This document shows, one piece after another, positions 41,101 through 54,390 of a stretch of 64,000 nt of DNA; position 1 is the stretch's first letter, and each line of letters opens with the position of its first letter. Origin of the DNA: Eledone cirrhosa (taxonomy: Eukaryota); the NCBI GenBank assembly GCA_964016885.1, contig OZ024752.1, positions 372,001-436,000 of the forward strand. The letters are read 5' to 3'. Both the position numbers and the translations under genes were made by a program. The notes under the pieces are model-generated. The model searched no databases. It saw only the letters and a program-made list of their open reading frames with translations, and was not told where the DNA came from.

Positions 41101-43288
41101 CGTATGTTGCTTCCTCCCAGCCCAAAATTGTAATAGATTTCTCAAAGACCTTCTGTTTCCAATCATAGATTGATAGATTCATTGAGTGAAATGTTTATTT
41201 ATCCTACATTAATGAGTTCGTTCACGCACGTGCCAGTAAGCCCCTTTCTCGCTACTGCTTTCCGTTATATTGCTTGAAATATATGCTTGCTTCAAAGATA
41301 ATTATATAAACTGTAAGCCTATACTTTGGAGTTGTATTTATGTATACACATACGTATGTAGGCTAAGCTCAGCACACCAATGAATTTGGATGCAGAGAGA
41401 ACATTGGGGAATATATTGTTTATGGGTTTTAGATAATAGACATATTTTCTTGATATGAGAAATATTGGTATGCCCCCATTATTAGCAATTTTCAACGAAC
41501 TTTCTACTTTCGACCCAAACATTTGAGAACAAAGAAAATTGCTTTGGTAATTTTAAGGGATATAGTGGAAACTGTTGAAAGTATAGGATTAAGAGGTGAT
41601 GACAGAAAAGTCATGTGTCCGATGACAATGACAGGAGAAAAAATAGGATTAAAAAGAGAAATAAAAAAAAGCCGAATTTCAAATGGTGCAAATATATGAG
41701 TCAGCAAGGGAAAGGGAATGACAGATGCGAAGGATTGCCGATGATAAAATATAGATGCGTGAGATACTGTAAGATAAAAGCGTTGTACATCAACAGCTAA
41801 AGAGGATCCCAAATGTTACAACATGAGAATATATATAAATAAATAAATCTATAGTGAAAAATGAACGAAATAAAAACAACAGTAATTAGAAGACAAAAAC
41901 AAAAAAAGGAGAAAACGAAAATAAATGAAAATAAAAAAAAAAAATTAAAAAACACCGAAATGAAATGGATAAGGATGGAGAAATGTCGAGGGAAGCTGAG
42001 AAAATAGGAGTAAAGAAATGACAAAACAAATTAAAGACGGTCGTAAATTTTGAGTGATTGGATGTGAATTTAAAACAAATGAAAATATTGAGAAAGGAAA
42101 CATTTTTTTTCCTTTCAATGTGGGTTATAGAACGATTTCTTTTTGACTGGGTACAAAGTTGCTAGTTTTAGTGGCACTTAATTTATTAGTTTCTGATTTA
42201 GGCACAAGGCCAACAATTTTGGAGAAAGGAAAAGTCGATTAAGTCAACCTCAGTACATTACTGGTACTTTATTTTATTGACCCCGTAAGGACGAAAGGCA
42301 TATTGAGACCCCAACCCATCCTATTTATTTTATAACTATGGGATTTCGAGTAATGTTGTTTTTTAATGTATAAAGAAAATTCTAATAAAATTTCGCAGGA
42401 GATAGATTAGCAGAATGTAATCAGATGGTTGGGGGTGGAAAATATCTAAAAAATTAATAAACAGGGGGTGGGGACGATTATTCGGGACTCGAGGGTACGT
42501 AACTAGTTATTGGTGCAGTACTTATATTTTCGGGAAGTTGAACCAGATTCTTTTTTTAATTATTTCCACTGGTCTAGCTTATTTGTGATTGACGTTCTGC
42601 TGGTTTGGAACATTTGTTCGAATAACTGAACACCACATTTAATTGATTGAGTATCTACAGAGATGTGTACATTTAACGTAATTCTCAGATGGAATTTTCG
42701 GGAAAAAATATGTCGTAAGGCTGAACCTTTGAATTATTAGAGCAATGCATCTGGCGAGCAACAAGCATCAAAACATCACCCGTCCATCCAATTTCCCACT
42801 CATCGTCTCAAAGATGGGGCAAATGAGACTTTCGCAAGATGCTTGGTTGTAGGCTCGAACACGGTACTTCACGGTTGGGGAAGCGACATTTTCAATATTT
42901 CGGCTTTCACCACATTCACTTATTTGTGATGGACGAAGCATGGCCAACTTAAAGAGGTTCGCTTCGTAATCATTAAGTCTTGGGTTCGATCCCACAGCGT
43001 GGCATCGTGGGCAAGGGTAGTTTTCTTTAATCGCGGATCGAGGTTTTGAGACTTTTATCAGAGAGACATTTAATTAACTCAGATCAACACAAAACTCTAG
43101 TCTCCCTCAAAGTACATAAGTTTCCACCGCCAGTCGAGGACGCATATTGATCATTCACTATGTGTATGGTATAGTATGGTCCTGTAACCCTGATTGAGTC
43201 GTAGCGGTACCGTAGTGGCATACAGCGTTTCTTGGGCATTTTAAACATGGCGCAGCCCATCACTTTCTTCCAGAGAAGGATAGAAAGT

Positions 43289-43330
<42 letters not shown>

Positions 43331-46207
43331 CAGAGGGTGAGAGAGAGAGAGAGAGAAAGTAAGAAATATATATATAAATATAGAGGAAGAATCGATCCCA
43401 GTACTAGACTGGTACAATTTTTATCGACCTTGAAATGATGAAAGGCAAAGTTGACCTCGTCATTAAGTGTGAGATTGAATAAAACAAGAGAAGTTTCTCA
43501 GTTTATAATTTTGACCAGAGTTTGTGAAACACGAGAACAATACTGTATGTTTTGGAAAGGAGAAGTTAAAAAGAAATCACTGTACTTATTTCTAACTAGT
43601 GAGCTGCGTTTTTCACCGTTAGGGAATTACATTGAAAACTGAACTTTGTTGACTTAAACAGATAAAACCATTTCTCAGATTGTTGGCAAGTTTATATAGA
43701 AGTTAAAGTTTCTGCTACGATGGCTGCAGACTGTCTCAAGCAACTGTCTCCTTATTTGTGTTGTTTGCTTAAACACAAGCCTGGTTGGGTCCTTCCATTA
43801 AGCTGTGGAGGAACCTGCTGATGTTGATTATAATTTTTGTTGTTGTTGTTGCTGCTGCTGAGTGTGTCAGTTTATTGTTTTGTAAGTTGGTAAAGTGTCA
43901 GTTAGACCAGTGTTCAAAATAAATTTAATACCGGATTTACTCATTAACTAAGTTATAGAAAGTCGTTATGCCTCACTCTCTACCTCTCTCCCCCTTTTCT
44001 CTCTCTTTCATACATACACACACACATTTACACACACTCACATACGTGTGTGTGTGTATGAGTGTGTGCGAGTGTGTGCGTGTGTAACCTTAGTCGATAA
44101 GAAAACTGAAAAACCGGTGCTGTACGAATAGTGTCCGTTACAATTGAATCAGACAGGGTCAGAAATGCAGTAAATCGGCGATTTAACTGTTCGAAACTGG
44201 TAAATAAAGGTTCTATTGTTCTTAAATTATGGCATGAAATAAATATATATAAAATTGTACACACATACAAACGCTCACTTTGCAAAACTGTTTTGAAAAA
44301 ACAAAAAAGACAAACCCCCTCCCCGGTAATTTCGGCGAAGCTCCAAAGTAAACAGTCGCGGAGTGATTACTGTGCAAGTGTCTCTCCCAAAACTCATGAC
44401 ATTAGCAGTGAAACTCTCCTGGTTGTTTTTGTAAAATTACCAAATAGAAAAGCATCTGGGAGAGACGTGATTATCTGTTACTGGTATTAGATGTTTACGA
44501 CAACGAATGCTGTACTTTATATACTAGACTAGCCAGCAGTTCCTCAGACAAAACTTGTGCCCAACAGCTGCCCTAACGACTAAAAATCTTGGATCTGAAA
44601 AAAAAAAAAAATAACAGCGAATATGAAATATCATGTATGATAATACGGTCTGCGAAACCATACTAGAGCAGACGTATGGAATGCGTCTTTTACTCGGTTG
44701 AGTTGATGGAAATAATGACCAGAATGACCTACTAAACTCAAGACATGACTAAATTTTCAACTGCACATACAAGACACTAGAAATCTACAACCTAGGTAAA
44801 TAAAGCATAACTAAATAATAACAAAATAATAACCACCTTCCTAGATAGAATAAACAACACAATAAAATATTGAGTGTAATAATGTTCTTTGTTCTACATA
44901 CTAAATGCACCAAACACCTCACAATGCAAATATACGTCTTCCATGATCAAAACCCAATCAACAAACCTAAGAATTATTAGGTGTTTTAAATAAAAACACC
45001 TAATAATTCACAATACAAATATATGATTAGCATAATCAAAACCCAATGACATATCTAAGAATTAATTTAAAACGCACCTAAAAACAATTTAACCTCCCTT
45101 AACCAGCCATTTACGATTAAAACAAATTTAAAAAATCAGACATTTTTACGGACATCTCCGATATCACAATCTACATCATTTGAAATCACGAACTTCCACA
45201 CACAAATACATCCAACGCTACTTCAAAACAGTAACGCGATCTTGTAGCCATGAATAAATATCTAATCTTGAACATTTAGCTAGGCATCCCTTCGCAATTT
45301 AGCTCCGACCACCATCTATGAAAACCTGTTATCTCAATCCTAATGATCTCGATCTACAAACAACAATAAAAACATTAAAACTATCCATGAAATAAAAAAC
45401 ACACCTACACAGATATCACGTCGCCATCAAATAATAAAATGCCAGACACAGGCGAAATAAAGGAAGGTGATGAATTAAATACTTCCGATACTCAAATGGA
45501 AAACTTTGACACGTCCCCTTCTCAGCTACGGAATACCAAACCCCTAGCACATACCTTATGTTAGTTTGCCTGATTAGTGTGAGCAACGCCCTATACATAT
45601 AATATTCTGAACCCAGAATGCTTATTGGACAGCCAGATTCATCCAGATTCATCCACTATATCTGACAAGATGATAAGTCAAGTACCACAGTGTCCATTTA
45701 AGGGAAGTTTTGTCAACACGCACTCCACATCAACAACAAACTTCATCACTTCTAATATTTTTTCAGCATAGTGCACAGAATTTGAACGAATTGTATAATC
45801 CACTCTAAACTGCTGCAGATCGATCATGCAATCAAAAGCAGCGAAACACGCGTAAAGGATTAATACATTCATTTTTAAGAATTACTCCACAACCCCAGTG
45901 ATCTTTCTGTCATCCACTGCTCACTACGCACACACACACACGCACGCGCGCGCACACACACACATACACACACACACATATATAAGACACGGCGACGTGA
46001 ATAGAGTAGTTTTTTCTCAAGAAATATCTTTTCGTTTCTGCCACAGCCAGGTCTCTTCTATTTCTTCTTTAATTTCTTATTCTACTTTCGGACGAAGGAT
46101 TAACGTCCGAAACGTTAAGAAGCTTTTTCTACTATATCAAGCGTAAAAGTAATAATATATTTCTTCATTGTACTGTGTCGTTTGCTTTGATATTTCTGTT
46201 TGCTTTT

Positions 46208-46296
<89 letters not shown>

Positions 46297-46482
46297 GTAT
46301 AGTTATTCTCTTTGTTATCTCCTGTTTTGTTTTTATTTTTTCCCCGGATAACTATTCCTCTTAGTTATCAACGCACTGTGGGGAGATGTACTGTCTTTAA
46401 TGCGTTCGAAACATCAGCGACCCACTGAAGACAGCCGATGAGCGGGAATTGTCCTTGTGTTTATGTTTGTGTTTCTCTTACG

Positions 46483-46537
<55 letters not shown>

Positions 46538-46571
46538 GTGTGTGTGTGAGTGTGTGTGTAAATACATATAA

Positions 46572-46654
<83 letters not shown>

Positions 46655-46870
46655 TTAATAAATTCATTAATAAATTGCTCCGAAGAATCCAAACCTCGGT
46701 TTGGAGGAAACAGTTGTAAGCACAAAAATGTTCTGAACAGTTCTTTGATTCTTATATTTCATATATATATACATGTATATACATATATATAACCACATAC
46801 ATATATATAACCACACCATATATATATGGTGGGGTTATATATATGTATATATATACATACATATATATGT

Positions 46871-46932
<62 letters not shown>

Positions 46933-46937
<5 letters not shown>

Positions 46938-47055
46938 AACGAGTAGGACCCCGACGGCTGAGCTCAAGCCGTTTCGATGGCTAATTCTGGACTCTTCCAG
47001 AATTAGCCGTCGAAACGGCTTGAGCTCAGCCGTCGGGGGTCCTACTCGTTCCTAT
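46933..47055. repeat. Hairpin palindrome in (TA)n
   Basis: About 59-nt arms, CTCT loop; unfolded single-arm copy at 54066-54201. Confidence 0.93.
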
Positions 47056-47131
47056 TACCCACTCTACTACCCTAAGTATTGAGTACTTTGGTGCGTTATG
47101 GTCCATCTGGTTCCTTACCACATTTCCTTCG

Positions 47132-47184
<53 letters not shown>

Positions 47185-47479
47185 GTGGGGTTATATATAT
47201 ATGTCCGACAGACAACGTTTTCCCCCACCCCGGAAAAAACCCCAGTTGATGGATGTGAATCCGAAATATATAGGGACTATTAAATCTCTCCCAAGGTAAC
47301 TCTCTCTTGTGTTATTATTATTTTTATCCTTTTACTCTTCCCTTCATTCTACACATCTTATACACACCACGCATCTCAACGTACACCCACTTACATCTCT
47401 CTCTCTCCACCACCGGACCTTGTTACCCGGAGATTTACCCATTTGCATTGTCGAGGCTTCCAAACGACTTATAGATATT

Positions 47480-47536
<57 letters not shown>

Positions 47537-47664
47537 GGGTTATATATATGTATATATACATACATAAATGTAGAAGAGATATTTAATTTGTTGGAAATCC
47601 AACAAATATAGATGTTTACAACTGATTCAAAGCACTCGACAGATTTCTGGAGTAAATATTCAAT

Positions 47665-49025
47665 TCATATTAAATAAATGGAAACCATATTTATTCTATT
47701 ATATATATTTCAAGGGTACCAAACATTTTGGTACGCTATCATCAGATAAAATACAAAATGTTTTATAAATGTTTGACATGACCAAGGATGATATACCTTA
47801 ACCTATATAATTTTAATTTTAATTCTTTCAAATTCTTTAATTCTTTTATCTTAATTTTTTATTTTTCTAATGACAACCTCTAAAGCTTTATTTTTCTAAT
47901 AACCCCCTCTAAAGCTAATTTTAAATGTAGATTAATAACCATTAACTGTTTTTAGTAAAATATATCCTATTCAGGATGGTGTTTAATTATTCATATTTCT
48001 TTAGAATAAATAATTAATCCCACACTAGCAATTAATAAAAAAAATTGGAGTTATCTTTCCTTCTTTCAATCATAAAAACTTTTTATACATAACTCCGTTA
48101 ATTTAACCTTATAAATTGTAACTACCTATTTATTTACATAAAATCAACATCCCTAGTAACTTATATTAGGAACAAACACCTATTTATTTTATTTATTTAT
48201 AAATCAACATCCCTTGTAAATCATATTATAAACAAACTATCCTTTAAAAAAAAACACATATGCTATTATTAAAATACATATATAGATATTTATATATTAT
48301 TATAATAAGATAAATAATTCTCCATATAAATGTCTGAATATATTTCCCCTAAATTAACGTTCAAGTGGTCTTCCTTTTCCTTCTTCTTTAACAATTTTAG
48401 TTGGATAATTTATATAGCTTCGTTAAATTAACAATATGCTGAAAACATTCTCAATGTTGAACATTTTTGAATCCACAAATTATTCTAATCTCACAACTTG
48501 AAAATAAAATTTTCAACATCCTTCGTAACTCATATTTGTTTATATAAACAATCAATGCATATGCAACTTATTAATATATATAGAGATATTTATATACATA
48601 TAACCTATCCTAATGTAATAAGATAAAAATACTTACAACCACAATTCTTCATATAATTTTATAACTCATAATATAGGTAACAAAAATCTTTTCCCCCAAA
48701 TTAACGTTATTCTTTTCTCTTTCTCTTTCTCTTCTAAATATTAAAATTTTCCATACCGTCTAAAATAACGTTTTTCAGCCCTTTAATATACACTTCATTT
48801 GCATACTCATATTAATAATTTAAAATATCTGACTTATCTCCTCTCTTCCCTTCACTTTCCAGGGATAACTTGAACCGTTAAGGTATATCATCCTTGGTCA
48901 TGTCAAATATTTATAAAGCATTTTGTATTTTATCTGATGATAGCGTACCAAAATTTTTGGTACCCTTGAAATATATATTTGAATAAATATGGTTTTATAA
49001 ATATAGTTTCCATTTATTTAATATC
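47665..49025. repeat. About 140-bp inverted repeats around a 1.1-kb AT-rich spacer
   Basis: 47665-47801 is the reverse complement of 48878-49025. Confidence 0.9.
47692..47753 (-). ncRNA. Type I hammerhead motif, intact core; inverted partner at 48926-48985(+)
   Basis: TATTTTAT CTGATGA TAGCGTACCAAA ATG TTTGGTACCCTT GAAA TATATA TA ATAGAATA: 8-bp stem I, long stem II, AUA triplet. Confidence 0.7.
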
Positions 49026-49464
49026 AATATGTACATACATATATATATGGTGGGGTTATTCGCAGTTCCCAGAGGGCGCCTGAAAATGCTAGCGACCCTG
49101 GGTGCCCATACTGGATTTTCAATAGCAACCTTTGCTAGGTGTGTTTATGGCAGAACAATTTTTTGTGTGGAACTATCAATAGCTGCTTAAGTCATAAGAC
49201 CTTCTTCCATCCAGTTTTCTTCATTCAGAGTGAATAAGCCGGGGAAGTTTGAGCTCGAAGAGTATCGAACTTATTCAACAAACTTATGTATAAGAATAGC
49301 AAACTTACTGCTTTAGCGCTCAAAAACAAACACAAGACAATTGAGGAAGTCATCGAAATTATTGAAGAAATCATAACCGATAGAACATATTCAGGTACTG
49401 TATATATGTGTGTGTGTATATATATATATTTAAAAAAAAATAGAGGTGTGACTCACGAGTTGTG

Positions 49465-49985
49465 ATATATTAGTAAAAAGGAAAAGAAAATGCTGACAAA
49501 TTTTTCCCAGTGAAAAATAGTTTAATTAGGAATAAGTATAAATTAGCAATTGTTTCTACTTTAGGCACAAAGCCAGCAAATACCCAGTGCATTACTGGTA
49601 CTTTATTTTATCGACTCCGTAAGGATGAAAGGCAAAGTCAACCTCGGCGGGATTTGAACTCAGATCGTAAAGGGACGTAACTATGCTGGAAAGCATGGCG
49701 TCCGACCCTCTACCGATACTGCCATTAATTAGTATTCAGTTTTAGTTTTAAGTTTTTACCGGTTGCGCATTTCTTATGCTTTTCAAAAATAATTTTGAGA
49801 TAGAGTGCTCGTGATTCTATCTCAAAATAATTTTTGAAAAGCATAAGAAATGCGCAACCGGTAAAAACTTAAAACTAAAACTGAATACTAATTAATACTT
49901 ATTACTAATTTATACTTATTCCTAATTAAACTACTTTTCACTGGGAAAAATTTGTCAGCATTTTCTTTTTTTTTTACTAATATAT
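49465..49985. repeat. Long palindrome with a SINE in its left arm
   Basis: 49470-49546 mirrors 49905-49980; 49724-49804 mirrors 49816-49896. Confidence 0.93.
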
Positions 49986-50364
49986 ATATATATATATACA
50001 CATATATATATATATATACATTCACTTATATAATTCGAAGTAAAAATCGGTGGTTGATCAAGCAATCGACCGAGTGTAGTGTAAACAGCCATAAGAACTC
50101 CACGATGTGGATACATTAAGGTATTACCTATAAGGTATCAACCCACCTGTCCCCTCAATCTATCTTATTTCTCATTCTTTCTGCTGATAAAGGACTAGCA
50201 TCCGAAACGTTAAGACCCTCTTCCTGCTATATCAAGCGTTAACCTAATATATCATTTCTATACACTGTACCGATTGTGTTGTTATTTCTGTTTACCTTTT
50301 GCATATCGTTATACTTGTGTTTCGACACACGATTTCATATAAAAAAACCTTGCAAAACAAATTC

Positions 50365-50472
<108 letters not shown>

Positions 50473-51609
50473 GGAGTAGACACATTTTTCCGTAATTAGA
50501 AGCAATGACTAAATTTTGTACATTTATTCGATAACTGACGGGCCTAGGTTGAAATCCCGCAGTGAAGTAGGAATCAAGTTATCTGTTCTACATACTTTTT
50601 AACATGTAGACTTCATCTCCACAAAACAATCTGTCGGTATATTTTTGCCCGTGTGTATGTGTGCGGTTGTTTGAGTTTCGGCTTTTGTGTGTTTATGTAT
50701 ATATGTGTGTGTGTTCGCGTGAGTGTGTTTATAAAGGTGTGTAAATGTGCGTTCAGGTTTTTTCTTTGTGTGCGTGTGTGTGCGCGTGCGTGTGTGTGTG
50801 TGTGTGCGTGTGTGTGTGTGAGTGTGTAATTGTGTGAATTTGTGTACGATAGTGTGCAAGTGTGAATCCATCTGTGTATGTATGTGTTTATGTGCGAGTG
50901 TTCACAAGTAAATGTGTGTGTTGTGTGTGTGAGTTAGGGCGCGTGTGCTTGTGAGTATATATGTACGAGAGTGTGTATGCGTGCGTTGGCAAAAGTATTT
51001 GTGCGTGTGTATTTGATGGAATTTGTGTATGCGTTCCGGGATGTGAATGTGTGTGTTCGCAAGAGCATGTGTTTGAATATTTGTATCTGTGTATGTTTTT
51101 GTGTAAGTTTATGTGTGTGTGTGTGTGTGTGTGTGTGTTAACATATACAATGGTTCCGAGTTAATGGGCGTAAGGAAACAAATGAGTCTGACAGTATCTG
51201 AAAATCAAAAGGGGAACAAGAAAGCGCCCTGGATTCAACAAAGCGTATACAGGTTTCTAGAAAACCAGCTACTCACAATGTTTTTAAAACTTGCGAAATG
51301 AAGAAAAACTAAAAAAAAAAAGACAATAAAAAAAAACAACTAATAATCGTTTCTGATTTAGGCACAAGGCCAACAATTTTTGGGGAGGGGAATGTCGATT
51401 AAATGAAACACACACACACAGATTTGGTGTAAATATCCAAGGGTAAGAGCACTCAGTCCATAGAACGAGTTAAGTATAATTAGATACCACTGTGTATCTA
51501 TTTTTGTACTCATGAAGAAGGGCTAAAGCCCGACACGTTGAACTTTCTTTCCCCTTTTCCACATAAAGCGTGAAACTAAGACTTTTTGTACCTGTTTGTC
51601 ATTTCCTTG

Positions 51610-51637
<28 letters not shown>

Positions 51638-51643
<6 letters not shown>

Positions 51644-52466
51644 TCAGCGAGAATCGTATTTCGGCGGGTAGAAATAAGCGAAACGCAATTTCTGATTTGT
51701 GTTGGCAAGCGCTCCATGGACCAAAAGAGGCCAGAGCAATAAACATATGTTATAAAGGCCATACAAACTGAGAAGGCGGTTAAGAAGCTATCAACCACCT
51801 AAGCAAAAAAAAAAACCAAGCAAGCTAAACGGGTCAAACAAAATAAATGAATGAAATATTTACCCGGACCCCTAGAAATGATAGTATAATCCAGTACAGG
51901 GTTTCTGCGACACCTAAATCAATAATACTGTCTGCTTAAAAAAATAAGCTTTTGGTATAATGATCGAACAAGGTTATTACTTTCTCAACAGGTATTTTGT
52001 TCTGCGCCAGTGTTTTGAATCGCACAGTGTTTTGAAAGCACATGTGTAACTCTACAGGGGAGAAAACCTCAAATTTTGGCAAATGAATTCAGTATGTGTA
52101 AATCAATGCACAAATTGCAAAAAACAGCAGAAATCGAATTAAGCTCTCGACCGGGTAGTTTTTAAAATAAACTTAAGCAATTAATCAGTCAATAGAATGA
52201 TCTAAAAAAAATGAACTGGTTAATTGTTAGACTCGGGAGATTAATACAAATATAAATTCAGCGAGAATCGTATTTCGACGGGTAGAAATAAGAGAAACGC
52301 AATTTCTGATTTGTGTTGGCAAGCGCTCCATGGACCAAAAGAGGCCAGAGCAATAAACATATGTTATAAAGGCCATACAAACTGAGACGGCGGTTAAGAA
52401 GCTATCAACCACCTAAGCCAAAAAAACGAAGCAAGCTAAACAGGTCAAACAAAATAAATGAATGAA
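51638..52466. repeat. About 220-bp direct duplication
   Basis: 51638-51857 is nearly identical to 52250-52466. Confidence 0.9.
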
Positions 52467-53041
52467 AAAAAAATATATATATATATATTTTTTTTAAATT
52501 GCACGTTGCCTTTGGTGCAGCTTGAACTGCCTGTGGTGTCTCATTTTGATGAACTTTGAAACGTCTCTTCAGACCTCCTTCAGATTTGCAGATCTTGCAA
52601 ATCTTGTGGTATATGTGGCATTGATAAAATATGAACAGGTAGGTTATGTACTATAGCTAGTAGGAAGTGTTCTATTGTGTGTTCTTATATGAGATTTAAA
52701 TGGGTGGTAACAAAAATATAATACAAAAGTTTAGAGATATAAAGATACAAAATACCAGGTCAAACAATTAACAGGTAGTTGTGAATCAACGATGGCCAGG
52801 TAAAAGTAATGTCAGCCCCTCCCGTCGTTCCTCAGTTGAACAATAAGAGGGCAATGTGTAAATCGGGAATCGGGACTTGAATGAGAAGAAAGACAGGAAG
52901 AAATACACATACATACATACACACATATACACCCCCCCCCACACACACACAAACTCACACACGTATATATATTTGGCAAACATTAACATATACTCTCGTA
53001 TACAGCTCTCTACATGCAAATAGAGTTATATTTTTCCCCTT

Positions 53042-53108
<67 letters not shown>

Positions 53109-53228
53109 CGTATATATATACATATATATAGATACATACACACATACACACATATATATATTTATATATACATATACACACACACACATATATATATATG
53201 TATATACACACACATATTACATATATAC

Positions 53229-53259
<31 letters not shown>

Positions 53260-53303
53260 ATAACGAGTTGACCGACCCAGCATATTTATCAATGTATATA
53301 TAT

Positions 53304-53447
<144 letters not shown>

Positions 53448-53530
53448 GTATATATATACATATATATATGTATATACATATATATATGTATATACATATA
53501 TATATATATATGCATATATATATGTATATA

Positions 53531-54020
53531 TACGAGGTGTGTCAGAAAAGTTCCAGGACTGATGTCACAAAAGATTTATTTCAAACCCAAACTTCACACT
53601 AAGAGTTTTCTCCTTCAAAGGAATCCCCCTGGAGTCTAATGCACTTTTCCATCCTTTTCTGCCACGTTTGCATGCACTCCTGGAAGGATTCTTCCGGGAT
53701 CCTCTGCAGTTCCGTCGTCACGGCCTTTTTGATGTCAAAACGAATCCCCTCCGGGTCGTACTCGAAGATCTATGACTCATCCCCGGTGATGACTGTCCCT
53801 AGCAAGTCTGGTTCGGTTTCAAGACGCTCGAGGATGTCCTGGCACACTTGCATGCGTCGACCCTTCTGGTCATCGTTCAGCAGTTTTGGTACCATCTTCG
53901 CGCAGACTTTCCGCATGTCCAAATCTTCAGTGAGAATCTTCCAGACGCCGTCCCGATTCATGCCCAGCTCATTTGCCATCAGTCGAACAGTCAGCCGACG
54001 ATCGCTACGCACCATTATCT
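53531..54020 (-). mobile_element. Mariner transposon remnant, internally deleted
   Basis: DRRLTVR..VCAKMVPKLL..VITGDES fused to the C-terminal [18 protein letters not shown]; TACGAGG terminus in a TA tract. Confidence 0.88.
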
Positions 54021-54229
54021 GCTAACGCACCATCTGCTATAACCAGGATAAACATTTTCATTTAGTCCAGAATTAGCCGGCGAAACGGCTTGAGCTCAGC
54101 CGTCGGGTTCCTACTCGTTCCTATTACCCACTCTACTACCCTAAGTATTGAGTACTTTGGTGCGCTATGGTCCATCTGGTTCCTTACCACATTTCCTTCG
54201 TTATATATATATATATATATATATATGTT

Positions 54230-54390
54230 TGTAAAATGTAAACAGAACTAACACCACCATCGGTACAGTATATGGAAGGAATATATTAGGTTAACACTTG
54301 AAATAGCAGGAAGAGGGTCTTGACGTTTCGGACGCTAGTCCTTCATCAGAAGAAAGAATGAGAAATGAGAAATAAGATAGATTGAGGGGA
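54230..54390 (-). mobile_element. Penelope-like pseudo-LTR fragment (family A) next to (TA)n; copies at 33085-33205(-), 46060-46200(+), 50150-50300(+), 60440-60590(-)
   Basis: Shared gaaacgt(t/c)aagaccctcttcctgctat..aagcgttaacctaa..tactgtaccga block carrying a minimal hammerhead. Confidence 0.6.
54318..54353 (-). ncRNA. Minimal type I hammerhead ribozyme motif, intact core
   Basis: TCTT CTGATGA A GGAC TAGC GTCC GAAAC GTC AAGA: stem I TCTT/AAGA, stem II GGAC/GTCC, GUC triplet, palindromic ACGT stem III. Confidence 0.75.
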
